This document shows, piece after piece, positions 14,086 through 27,214 of a stretch of DNA of 64,000 nt. The notes beneath the pieces were generated by a model. That model searched no databases. It had not been told where the DNA came from and saw nothing but the letters and a program-made list of their open reading frames with translations. Origin of the DNA: Antedon mediterranea (lineage: Eukaryota > Animalia > Echinodermata); the NCBI RefSeq assembly GCF_964355755.1, contig NC_092679.1:17901432-17965431 (forward strand), in the 5' to 3' direction. Each line of letters starts with the position of its first letter. The stretch's first letter is position 1. The translations under genes and the position numbers were made by a program.

Positions 14086-15172
14086 TAAGACATGTCCTAA
14101 GACATGTCCTAAACCATAGATATTAGTGCAAAATTTCAGTAACAACTAAAGTTTGAGTGAAAAAAGTTAAAATACTTACAAAAGTCAGTAATACTATGTG
14201 TCTCTCTCTTTTACAATAAATAAAATCAAAGCAAAGATATTTCAAACAATCACGACAAAGGCTGATGTCACACTGTTCTAGTTATCATTGTATTGTGAGA
14301 TTTAAAACTGACAATAATCAGGAAAAGGATATTGGGAAAGAATAGCAAACAGGAATATAGAGGAAGTGATTGATCAACTACCTGAGCTTGTTGACCTTTG
14401 AACCACAAACCAGTATTACTTCCTGATTGGCTACTGAAATAACAATAAGTACTTATCTGACATAAGTACAAAATATGTCTTTAAAAAACCACCACTTTTT
14501 TTAGCCTATTGATGTAATTTTAGTAATTTTTTTTATTAATAAACAACGCTGGAAAATGAATAATAGAAAGTTTAGTTTTATGAGCAGATGAAGAATAGAG
14601 TAAAATAATAAAAGTTCCTAAAAATATCTGTGGTTTTAGTATGGTTATATTAGTGCATCCTATTGTTTGCTGTTTGTTTAAATTGTTTGTTATTTTGTGT
14701 GTGGTTTTCTATCGTTTCCAAATACTATAGTGAAGCCGTACCGTAAAGTGGCGTTTTACTTTCCCTTTTCTCTATTTCACAATACTTTACAATAGCAATA
14801 GAAAGCCTGTTCCTGCTGCATAGATAACAATATTAAATTATTTTTATATCGTTTGTATTGCTCTCTAAAAAAAAAAGTGTAATCAGTGGTGGTCGTTGAT
14901 GAAAAAACATTACAACTTCCCAAAACGCTCTCAGGCAGACAAACATACTACATGCTACAGTAATTGACTACACATCACGAAAGGTCAACCAAAAAGAAGT
15001 TATTTTGAGTTTCAGGCAAAAGTTACACAGTGAAAACACGCTGAATGAATGGCAATTCGATTGGATATTATTATTTTCAGAATGATATTTAACCACTATG
15101 GTTATTTGAAAATTGTCCTGGTATTTCGTTTACAGACCCTTAGATGTTGGTATAGTGAACTCTTATAACTTA

Positions 15173-15292
15173 AGCTCTGTCTACACTATCAAACTAATTT
15201 GACAAAAAAGGTGTGATGTACCCAAATATGATAGTGATATGCCTAAATATGATATGATGTCACATGTTTTGTTTGATAGTGTAGACAGAGCT
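15173..15292. mobile_element. MITE family A
   Basis: Both TIRs; TTA/TTA flanks. Confidence 0.85.
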
Positions 15293-15788
15293 TTAGATTT
15301 TGATAGTACACCAAGATAAATTCTTTACCCTTTGTTTTGAAGAAAAATCCTACTGTATAGTACATTACTGCATTAAGATGTTCATTCTCATCTTGGTTGC
15401 TATGTACCTCAATAATAATAGTATTACACACAGGTCAGTTCTAGGTCAATGGTATTGATCGTGTCACTTTAGTACACCTTGCCATATGCCACGTTCAACA
15501 CATCTAATCAAACTAATATTCATTTTATGTTATAATTCAATTTACAAACAGATCTTACAGTTCCAAAGCAATCACCGAGCAATTAACGTTGCGAGTTAAG
15601 TTACGGCAATTAATGCTGTACCAATAATAAGAAGAGATCATTACAATATATCAAATTGAAAGGACATAAAAGAAGTGATGTAAAAAAGATGGTTGAAAAT
15701 AGCTACTTGTATTTTGTCTGGTTTTCAAGTTGGAGATTCTCAACAAAAAAAGTCATAAACAAAATTAAGACATACAGTACCTATCTAA

Positions 15789-15927
15789 AGCTCTGCCTAC
15801 ACTATCAAACTTTACTGTATGTCACAAAAAAAAAATGTGATGTACTCATATGGCCAGGTTGATGTGATATTACTACCATATTTGGGCACATCATTTTGTC
15901 AAACAATTTTGATAGTGTAGACAAAGC
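15789..15927. mobile_element. MITE family A
   Basis: Both TIRs, diverged. Confidence 0.8.
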
Positions 15928-16382
15928 AGCAATCGTGAACTGTGTCTATAGTATTTTCAGTTACCTAACAATTACACCAGTTTTAGAAGACAATTTACCA
16001 AGATCAGTAACTAATCAAACATCAAACTTGATGCAGATTAAAGGATAGACCTGACGTAGATGTACTGTAGTGATTTTTGTCTAACGATGGCCACAGATCT
16101 TATAACGGCTTATATTTCGATTAACTTGCAAGCTAAACGTGCTGTCTTTTAAGTTGTCAGAGTATGATAACCATGTGTTTCATGTCATTTTTCATGAGAT
16201 TTTGTATTGCGTGACAAACAAGTTACATATATTTTGATGCATGGCATACTGTAAGAACTTATAGTTTACTTTTATAAGATTATTTCTGAATGGATGAAAG
16301 CTGGTAATATCTAAACGTAGAGTAGTAGTTGTTATGAATTGTGGAATATATAGTGCCAGGTTACTAGGGAGTTCAAGCTTAA

Positions 16383-16541
16383 AGCTCTGTCTACACTATC
16401 AAACTTTATGTGACAAAATAATGTGATGTGTCCATACAGTATATGGACATGTCATATTACTACCATATTTAAGCATATCACTACCATATTAGGGCATCAC
16501 ACTTTTTTTTGTCAAACTAGTTTGATAGTGTAGACAGAGCT
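16383..16541. mobile_element. MITE family A (PIF/Harbinger-like), representative full copy
   Basis: TIR agctctgtctacactatcaaact...agtttgatagtgtagacagagct, flanked by TAA/TTA; internal 20-bp repeat cccaaatatggtagtgatat. Confidence 0.88.
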
Positions 16542-18442
16542 TTAGAATACCAAAATATTATGAGTGGGTAGCACGATCTATAAGAATATCGAAAAAATAA
16601 ATTTCATCTGGTAAGTTGTTCTTTTTTAGAACATCTTTTCAAACGGGGCATCAGTTATTTAACGCAAGGACGATTATAATTTACATTTATTTAATTTGTT
16701 TATTTCCCAAACAAAGGAGAATAAAGATTGCAAAATGAAAAAAACAAATATCATTGGCTAAAGGGTTGAATGTCTTGGAGAAGTGGTGGCTAAGCATGTA
16801 TGAAATTGCTATTAATAATAACACTCTCAGAGTGACAAGTAAGTTGTAAAGTAAATAAAGGTTACAAGCATCACACATCTATCTATTGGATGCTTCAGAC
16901 CATACAATCCCTGGAGATGACCTAATCTACGCTTGATTAGGCCGACAGAGACGTCAACGCACCTTGACAATTAATTGATCAATCAGGTTACAGTACTTTC
17001 TAAATGTATATTAAAAATGTTAACGAAGTCAAACTGATTAATTTCTAAAAGCTGTTAGGGAATACTACACTGAAGACACGGATGAAGTTACCCATTAAAC
17101 ACAAGTTGTGGGGATGGGTTATCTAAGGTAAAAAAAGAAGTAAATACATTAATATTATATTTTTAACAATAAAAATAAAAGTTTATTATTTTTATTATGT
17201 AATTAATATTAACTGTAATATTTTTTTTTAATAGCGATCTGAATTATTATGCCTGATTTGATTTGGATGTATTTCCTACTGTGTTTACCGTAGCTTCTTA
17301 TTTCAGTGTTTTGTATTTGTTGTTGTCTTGTTTTGCCTTGTATATGCTTGCTCTTCCAAGCTTGTTTGTTACATTCTTATTTATTTGAAATAAAAGTTCT
17401 CATAAGTTGTTATTTTGGTAGTTAATCTTTACTACTGTTTGTACTACAAAAGCACAAGAAGAAAGAAAAGATATTATGAGGATGAATGCTGGGAGCTATG
17501 ACAATAAATATTGAATAATATCCTGACGGGTTAAATGATAGGCCAACGGTTAAACTTCACTGAAGTAAAATACAAAAATGACCTTTCCGCTCTATCACTC
17601 AGTAAATGAAATGAATGCATACAACCTGTTATCAAGTTTAGAAAATTATGGAAAACAACACAAGAAGATATAAAATACAAAGAAGTAGTGAGTTACACCA
17701 CTGTCTAGTTCACATGTAAAGGCGTACGATACACCAGCCTTATGCTGTACAGTATGTGAACGCATCTAAATCGCATCCTATGGTTTGGCATTTAACCAGT
17801 GAAATCACTTTTGATGACAAATATGATGAAAGGCAAATCTAAAAACCAATGCTACCTTCAATCAACAATACATTTTTCATGATAATTAACAAGTACTCTA
17901 TCTGTACAAGGTTTCACCATGGCATTCACCAGTTATAAGTAACACCACCTGAGTTCAAGTAATGGCATTCAGGTAAATTTCAAGGCAATAGCAATTTTAA
18001 AGCAAAATGATTTTAGTATTGGATGTTTTTTTGGTAAGCATAAAATAAATAACTAAATGTGTCAAAATTAAAAGGTATGTTTCATAGATCACAAATGTTA
18101 ACATTCAAAGGTAATTTAAAACCATGCCATGTACTAAAACAAAATGACATTTACTCTATCTATGTGGAAATAAATGATATCATATTTAATACCTGTCGGT
18201 AGTCAAATTGTATTTTTTGGTTTGTATATCTGTATGCAAATAGCAAGTTAGTATTTGTATTTTTGGCACACATGAAGTAGCATAGTGACATACCTATATT
18301 TTAGCTAGAAACTTTAGTAGTAGACAAAAATCAAAATCCTAACACTAAAAACGTAGAAGACAATGGTTTGCAAATAGCAAGATAGCAAATTGTAAGAAAT
18401 TACACAAACCAACAGTGGTGTTGGTAGTCTATGAGTGCTGCT

Positions 18443-18669
18443 TACCTGGATAAACCGACAATATAGCCTCTCTCTCCGAAGAGAGGATACAATTTACGAA
18501 AAAGAAAAATCCGTATATATAACATAGCACCCCTATCGGATAATGCACGCATCCATAACCACGCCCTCAAGAGGGAGCCATCCAACGTAGTAGCGTCATC
18601 ATTTCTTTTCGTACTGCCGTTGTATCCTCTCTTCGGAGAGAGAGGCTATATTGTCGGTTTATCCAGGTA
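18443..18669. mobile_element. MITE with ~50-bp perfect TIRs
   Basis: tacctggataaaccgacaatatagcctctctctccgaagagaggatacaa and its exact reverse complement. Confidence 0.88.
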
Positions 18670-19599
18670 CTGTAACCAGGCACGAAATAGATTGTTATTT
18701 ATTATTAACCTACTGTACTGTAAGTAACATTTTCTTGGTATCAACAGCCTACCGTACCCAATCTTAAAAAAAATTGTATCATATCCACTTAAGATTCAAA
18801 TCCACACTCTTCGCACACAATTAAAACATTTCAATTTTCATAGACTGAAATATCCTATACTGCAATATTATCATCAACAATTTTTGAAACATACCTACTA
18901 CAGTGTACAGTAGAATGGCAAAATATTTTACTACAGTATTTTACCTCTAAAATCTAGTTTTACATTGTAAAAAATAAACAAATGGTCAGCTATATTACTG
19001 TATTTATACATACCTGTTGTATTGATATGGTTTACTTGTTGACTGGTGGTTTATTAATACTAAACTGACCTGTCATGTACCTGATTTGGTATACAGTACA
19101 CTACTACTGTATATTGATTTTGATTAAAACAACAATTGCCTTTATTTTCAAGACTGTTTATTTGACTGTCCTTGGCAGGTGTAGCAGAAAGACCATGAAT
19201 AATTAATGAGAATCAAATCTAGTTTTAAATGAGCATTTATCACCACTGGCTGTCTACTGATACAATAAGCAAACAAATATTATTGATTTAAGAATTTATT
19301 TATTAAATAATTGTTAAAAATAAAAGACGCTAATAAAAATGACAAATATTTGCGAACCGCTATTTCAAGACATAAAATGCATGCTTTTAGTAACAGAAAG
19401 TAGGTCAACAATATTGATATCGCAATACTTCTGAGGCAGTATAGCGCTTCAATAAGAGGCGGCAACACTGTCACATTACTCCGTCTGTACAACTTTAGCA
19501 TTACTTAAAAGCCGGCAAAGATATACACATTAATCAGGTATTTAAACTATCCAGGTTTTTTATAAATACAATATATATATAAATGCATTTGTAAAATAC

Positions 19600-19658
19600 C
19601 TTATTAATATCATGGTTTGGTGCATTCTTCATCATTGACATCTGATAAGATCTTCCTC
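19600..19658 (-). CDS. Probable small ASPP-like exon
   Basis: ttttttcatag|GA...AAG|gtattt; open in the required phase (GGRSYQMSMMKNAPNHDINK). Poorly conserved, so supported mainly by splice signals. Confidence 0.6.
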
Positions 19659-22600
19659 CTATGAAAAAACAGAAATAATCAATTTAATCATTCAATCAAA
19701 GTAAACACAAAATTCTAGATTCTTTCTTTTATACAGTGACAACAATAATTCATTTCTGAACTTTTTATTTAAAATAAAATCCCTCACTTTAAAGCTTTTA
19801 GGGGTTTGAACCAAACATGGTTTGAAACTTCAAAGTTACAAGGTTATACTGAACCAGGTGTGATCCGAGATGTTTCCGGTCCGGCGCCAGCAAAACAAAT
19901 TGAACATCAATATTTCATTTTTTTGGCGAATATCTATGAGTATTGCCTCATAGCTGCGTGGAGTGTCATGAAAACTAAACGTTCTATTTGTTTTGCCGAC
20001 GCCGGGCCAGAACCATGTCAGACCTTTCTTACCCAGTATCATCAAATAAATCATAACTGGCAAATATTTAATTACTGAAAAACAAACTTAATTTAGATAC
20101 TACAGATAACAACAAACAATTACATACTTTACAACTCTTTACACTTCTTGTTTCTTTTCAATAAATATTACATTCATTCAACTCGTTGCGGACTGACGAC
20201 AACAATTCGGTTTTAAACTATCTTCAAATCCAAACACTGGTCTAGGCCTAACAGAACTAAACTCAATGGAACCAGCACTTCACCTGTAAACACAGGACAT
20301 TAACTGTGATCATCTTTGGCCAATCATCTCATGAGGACATGTGGTTTCAAGGTAGCTTGGGTGATAGGAGTGACAACTGCTAGGTAATAAATCCAAACTT
20401 GAAACTTTTGTCATCCTGCCAAGCTATAAACTAAACTCAGCTTAAATTACATGAAACATGACCCTTTATTTATACTTAAAAAAAGAGTACAGCACTACAA
20501 AAAACAACAACATATTAACAATATTGTCAAGTAATATTTAATATTACTTAATAAAAATGTAACACTAAAGTTAGAAATTGTTAAAGAATTTAATAAACAA
20601 TCTAGAAAATTGCAGTGTATATCAAAACATTTCAGGGCTGGAAATTCACCCAAGCAAACTAGCAAAAATTATAATTAGGTAAAATATTAGATTTCCATTA
20701 CTAATGTTTGCTGGTTGTAACTTTTTCGAAAAAAAAAAAAAAGTAATCTAGTAGCAAAGGTACTTGCTTCATCTGCTAATTCAATTTGTGGATTTAATTA
20801 AGTTACCAGTTATAGTACTACAAATTTGCTTGCTGCTACAGTAGTAGCATTTTAGCAAAACTTGATGTGACATCACCAGGGCACACACCTTCCAACAATA
20901 CTCCAGAGTTTTGTTAGGCATTTTGAAAAGGGTGTTTTTAAAACAACCCAACTAATGTAATACCTTAGATGAGAAAATTGTTTAACATTTGAATTTACTA
21001 AAATTAATATTTAAAAAAATACTTAAAATCCTCTCTGCATTTACCTAATCCAGGTGAGAATAAGATCTGTCATCAACTATTTAATAACATTTTAATGTTT
21101 ATGACCAACTACTTTACCAAGTGTGCCAATTTGCTCTTTTTAAATGTTTTATTACTCAGACAGATGTATAACGTTAAATTAGGCCTCCAGCTGAACTCAT
21201 CTAAAGCAACATTTACAAATGTTCACACGCTATTCAACATTAATTTACTTTGCGTTAATCACATATTCCTGGCCAGATTTGTCAAGCTTTTTATCCTAAC
21301 CTTCTCTGTATTTGTATACAAACATATGTTTTCAATTTCATGCAATTGTATCGTATTGTTATTCAATCATGTTCCTCAATATAGAATACAATGGTGATAA
21401 TAGATTCCAATTAAATTCTATGCTATAGTAAATTTTCTCCACCCTTAATTTAGGCTAAATTTTAAGATGAGATTTTCGTTAATTCCATTGTCGGAGTATA
21501 ATTGGACCCTTAATCTTTTGCCGAAATTGGTACCCAGACGCCTTGGGACGATACTCTACTATACAGTAATATTAAGAATATCCAACATTAGAACTATTTC
21601 ATGATATCAGAGCATGTTTTATCTAGACTCAAGGTTTGATCTCAATAAAATGTCTTTAATTATAAAATTTACATTCCATAATTTCATCAAAGGATTGACG
21701 TCACATAAAATTTGACCTCAATGGGAACCTACTGAATATTTATACAATATCACTGTTAGTATTACATTAAACATGAAATTTGTTACTCTATCCTAAACTG
21801 CTTGACCAAAACATTTGAGAAAGGCCACCTTTATTCCCTTTTCTTTAGTCATTCGGATACTGTATGTCGAGACAGAAATTTTTTTAGCAAAAAATATGTA
21901 GTTTGTAGACCATTTTCACAATTATGTTGCATCTGCGAGTTCATCATGAAATCGCTAATTAGATGATGCCTGTCCACACTGGACGGAAAACTGATAATAT
22001 AAATTTAAATTAGAGATATTCAACGATTTCTTGATGAATAATAAATAAAACTGACCAGAACTTGATTCCTTTGTGTATAATAATGTCATAGTAAAATGAG
22101 ACACTATGCAGCATTGTCTTTTTATAATAGTCAATAAGATAATTAATGTTACTTTTCATCATCCTCAAATGATATCAAATGACAGGATAGAGATGTAATG
22201 TGAAACATAGGATTTGAGAACAAAGAATACCATGTTCTTATTATTCATTTCATTTTTACTAATCTAATGTCATTGTGGACAAATATATGAGTAACGTCTA
22301 ATGGCAGTTGTATGACATTATTGTCCACATGTGCAATTCAGTACAGTAAACACTGTCTACAGTACACTACAGTATCAAACTAGTTTGACAAAAAAAAGTG
22401 TGATGTGTACAAATATGGTAGTGATATACCCAACTATGGTAGTGATATACCCAAATATGGTAGTGATATACCCAAATATGGTAGTGATATGACATCATCG
22501 TGTCCATATGGGCGCATCAAGTTTGATAGTATTGACAGATCTTAAGGCTGCGAGACACAAATTATTCACACACTATTTACATACAGTACATAACATTACA

Positions 22601-25600
22601 GTAGTTATTGTTTATACTACTAAGTTATTATATGCTGGTAAACATAAAGTTATAAATTACACAGTAACCTAAGATTTTATTAATACTGGTATGAAAATAT
22701 TTCATTGTCCACCGTATAACTATAACAACTTCCGTTCATCCCCCTCTATTAATTAAATTAATTAATTGAAATTGTTTATGGCTTGCCGATCTATGTTTTA
22801 TATATATATATTTTATCTGTATTTTATTGTTAACCGTTTTTGATGTTGTGTTGTTTTATGTTTCAAACCTGTTAGTGGCGGTATTTATCGCTGTTGGTTT
22901 TGATTGAATAAAATAAAATAAAATAATAAGGGTATTTCACACCTGTTTCCAGTTAAGGTTCGTATACTATTGCACGTACAGCATTAGCATCTTCCCGTTT
23001 TCAAGACACGCCACGCATCTATATTTAAAGTAAAATGACTGCTGCATAGACAAACATTGAGATGCGATTTTATTATGGTGTGGAGGCAGGCAGGCAGGTG
23101 TGAAAGATGGCATTTTCAAAACATTGGATTGGAAGATGGCAACCTCTTACTCTTTCAAAGTAATTTAACCTTTTCTCCTTTTCATGTGTATTTTTAATAC
23201 AGCAATAGACCATATCTTAATGTCCTATCTGAAAGACGAGGAAATTATATTAAATTGCCTAAGGACACAGACATGATTAGTTGTCTTAATGACAGAAAGA
23301 AACATTACATGTAGACTATGATTTGTCGACAGTGACTCAACTTATGCGTACATTAGCATGCACATATAGTCTTGCCGTTGGGTATGCACGCTATACTGTA
23401 CCATAGCAATTTAATGTTTACTAGTAATGAGTATATGAATGCTTTATGTACAACCAGAAACCTTTTTATCTCTTTTCATTTCTGAGATATCAATCAATCA
23501 CCACAAAAAGATAGAGAAAGAGATAAGTATATTGCATCCTAAGGATAATGCAAAAAGAGTACTTAAAGTAGATAAGTCAAAATAAAAAAAAAATATTTTC
23601 ACTATTTCCCTTTGTAAAATGTTGAGGTCTATATTGTGCCTAGCTTACCTGGATAAACCAACATTGCTTATGTTGGTTTATCCAGGTAAGCAGCACTCAT
23701 AGACTACCAACACCACTGTTGGTTTGTGTAATTTTGATTAATGCTATTGTTTTGACCCTTAATTTTTTGCCAAAATTCGTACCCAGACCCCTTGGAACAA
23801 TACTCTACTATATACAGTAATATTTAAGAAAATATTTCATGATACCAGAGCATGTTTTAAGTCATGACTTTTTTATTATGCTATTTTAATTTTTTTAAAT
23901 GGTCGTGTTCAGTTGTTAAAAATTCAATCTGCCGTAGAAATATCATAATCGTGGTTTTCTTGGCGTTCTGTGCGTGTAAACAGCGCCGGAACTTTCAAAC
24001 TACAGTATCAATCTCACGTTTGCTATATCACAATAGTTACTTTATATTGGAAAGACCTTCATAAAAAATAAATCAATTTCAAACCCTGAATGTGAAAATT
24101 ATGTTAGATTAATTGACAAACAAACTAATGTTTTAATTATCAAAATGTCTAAAAGACTAAAATGAATGAAATTATAATTGTTTAATAAGAATAGTATAAT
24201 TAAGTATAATTTAAATAAAAGGCATTCAGTATTTGAAAGTTGGAACTTCAAAAAAATGTAAAGATTTAAATGTCAGTGAAGATATTTTTTCATACAACAA
24301 TGCAGTCTTTTCACACTGAGGATACATGGATTGAAAAACAGATGAATTTTAAAATTTAATCCTAGTTAAACTATGTATGTTAGATTTCAGCATATAAAAC
24401 CGGGTTGAGGTGACTTAAATAAAGAGCAAAGCAAGAATCACTGACAGCCTCAGGTTGTTATCCTTTGACATCGTTCCTCAGTTTCAGAACTAACGACTAC
24501 ATTACTGATTTGGCCATAATGAGAAATTTACAACCCTACAATATTTCATTTACAATTTAGTCAGTTTGCTAGAGTGAAATTAGGTGAACATGTTTACATA
24601 CTTCATAGATAAAAACGAGGTTGAATTTGTTCTTAGGTAGGACATAAAATAACTCTTCCTTTCATCGTAAATTGGCATGCTATTTTGATAGAAATGTTTT
24701 TAGGACAAATTGCCTCAAGAACATATTTGCCACCTAGTTAGTTTAGTCAAAAGTATTCTACTGCAGTTACTACATTTTGTTATACTCTTTAAACTTATTT
24801 GTGCAATTAAACAAACTATACACAACTGTATTGCAGTGACTACTCTATATATTGACATTGCAACTATCGTATGTTACTGCAGTAGAAAATGTACAGTAGC
24901 TAAGTGCATTCACTGGAGTAGAATACTTTTTACATGATCCCTTTTTACAGCTTTTAATTTGAATTATAGAATTTAATTATCTGGTATTTTTGTATACGGT
25001 AAATTTTATAAACAGCTGAAACATTCATCAAATCAGGATTTTTGTTTTCATGTCTTAAATTCTGCTGTAATACCTGTCAAATGTATTTTGAAAACCTGAC
25101 TAGCTGGAAAGACATTTGGATTACCACAGCACAAAATTCGTTCAGTTTTGGGCGACTACTATAAAATATTTCATAGAAATCAACAGAGCAGAACATGCAT
25201 GACTACAAATTGTAGAAATTTAATGAGTATGCTCCCAAGATAAAACAAAGCTTTATTATCTATTGTATGAGCTACTGTACGGACTCATCAATCCATTAGC
25301 AATGAAATATCAGGAATTCCATTGCATCATATGTTTTATACATTATGTATTTCCCTATGAAATATGAATGGATACATTAAAGAGAACCACACATTGTAAT
25401 TTAAAGGACCTAGATATTTTAATCTGCATAAATTATTCATAATCTCAGACAAGCAGGATAAATATTGAGGAATTAAGAGAAAATAAGTGGAATTAAGGGG
25501 TTGTAGGCTAATTCTTCCAGGAGGGAAAATAGGTGGATTACAGGGGTCATAGGTGGATTACAAGGGTCATAGGTGGATTTCAGGGGTCATAGGTAACTTT

Positions 25601-27214
25601 AAGATTATGGAGGAACCTATATTCACACACTCAATTGGAGAATCTTAGACTGATCCATAGACAATAAGGATGGGATGAACAAATTATCATTTCAAAAGAC
25701 ATTCTAAAGACACCAATGACCAATTAAAGATGATCTCTAATTGAGACCATGTTGTGCGTGTGCTCCAGAAGCACAAGATATAGCTAGCCATTCATTGACA
25801 GTGATTCTAATTATGGACCAAACTCTCAATCAAAATCGTTTTATTTAAAGAAGGGAGACCTCTACAGTACCAACCATGTCATCAATTTTTTGATCAAATT
25901 CTTTTTTTAGAATTATTAGTACACCTGCAGAGAATCTCTGCTCATCTGACCAGCAATACAAATTGTTTGATCACATAAAAATAGAAAGTAACACTTCTAC
26001 TGAACATTACATTGGGGATTGAATAAATAAAATCCTTTGTTCATAAACCACAACATTTATATAAGGGATCAACCGAAATATTCCAGGTTAGAATTTTAGG
26101 AATTTGATGTATTACATTGTTTAACATACCAAGCTAAAAATAATTGATATAGCAATAACTTATTAATATTTATAAAATATTGACCATTTTCAGCATAGGT
26201 TCAAGGCTTAACTCAACAAGGTCTGGTGTACTAGTCCACCTCAAGTCACAAAATTTGTCTTACTTACAAATTTCTTTAAATTGACCAATGTTCAATGTGT
26301 TTTGTCATAATAAAACACTTATTTTTTCAAAATAAAAAATGTCAAAAATTCTTACCTGGAGAATACAGATTGTTGCCGTTCTCGTAACGCAGATAAAATT
26401 TCACTTCTTGAATATGAATGCCCCAATGCTTCAGTATATAATATATATTCTCACTGACCCCGATATGTCGTTCTGTAAAGATATAATAACACAATATTAC
26501 CTATCAATCACTCGTAGAACACCAGGGGTTAATCAACGTAGCTTAGGAATGGCACCTGCAAATTCATATAGAACATCTTTAAATATTTGACATAAATACT
26601 GCTGTGATATGATTATAATCAGTCCCATAATCCTGGGGCAGGTAATGTACTGTATAATAACGTCCAGGGTTAAGTTCCCTCTCAAAAAAATAATTTGTCA
26701 GAAACACTTCAAAATGATGAAAAATAAAAAATACCTCTTAGATCCTATATTTTAATTATTTTTACTGTACCTACTAAATGAATGAACTAGTACACAAATA
26801 AGCCCTTTTTGGGAACTTGGGACTGTTAATGGGGTTAATCCTAGCCGAGCCCCTGGTCACCTCATATAAATTACAATTACCATATGGCAGAGTAGGGCCC
26901 TTGGTAAATCAATTTGGTGAAAAAAGTGTGGGATTATAGTATAGTTGGACCAGTGAACATCTCTCTGTTCGACATTTTAATTCTATGCTGTTAACACCAA
27001 TTCTTATTTCAGTAATAGTAGCCTTTATAAAATATTCTGTCGATTTAAGAACAAAAATCTCACCACAGCCTCTCCAAATTTCCGCTAGATAATCAAAATC
27101 CTGGCCCTTAGTATCATAGGCGAAGTCCAGAATGTCTTGTGCAATAGTATGGTGCGTCACCGGGACCTCAATCACATCATTATGATTAGTTCCAAAGTGA
27201 ACCTCTACGCTCAT
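19600..27214 (-). CDS. ASPP-family protein (TP53BP2/PPP1R13B-like), N-terminal RA/ubiquitin-like domain exons; gene continues past the left edge
   Basis: Exons 27214-27064, 26472-26356 and 19658-19600 splice in phase (1,1,0). They give MSVEVHFGTNHNDVIEVPVTHHTIAQDILDFAYDTKGQDFDYLAEIWRGCERHIGVSENIYYILKHWGIHIQEVKFYLRYENG..., which matches the ASPP pattern EVPxTxxT...LAEVWRGxER...WG...EVKFFLRHE. I found no coiled-coil, ankyrin or SH3 exons in the window. Confidence 0.85.
22352..22542. mobile_element. MITE family A
   Basis: Four internal 20-bp repeats; left TIR interrupted twice by CAGTA. Confidence 0.82.
25529..25594. repeat. 20-bp tandem repeat x3
   Basis: ataggtggattacaggggtc. Confidence 0.85.
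26356..26472 (-). CDS. ASPP-like exon (end of RA domain)
   Basis: ttacag|AA ... CCAG|gtaaga; ERHIGVSENIYYILKHWGIHIQEVKFYLRYE. Confidence 0.88.
27064..27214 (-). CDS. ASPP-like exon (start of RA domain)
   Basis: Acceptor ttcag at 27217-27221, ATG at 27214, donor G|gtgaga. Confidence 0.88.

Noticed and set aside
26356-27214. RASSF7/8 assignment of the RA-like domain
   Set aside because: EVPVT, LAEIWRGCER and EVKFYLRYE fit ASPP better than N-terminal RASSFs; not confirmed without the ankyrin/SH3 exons.
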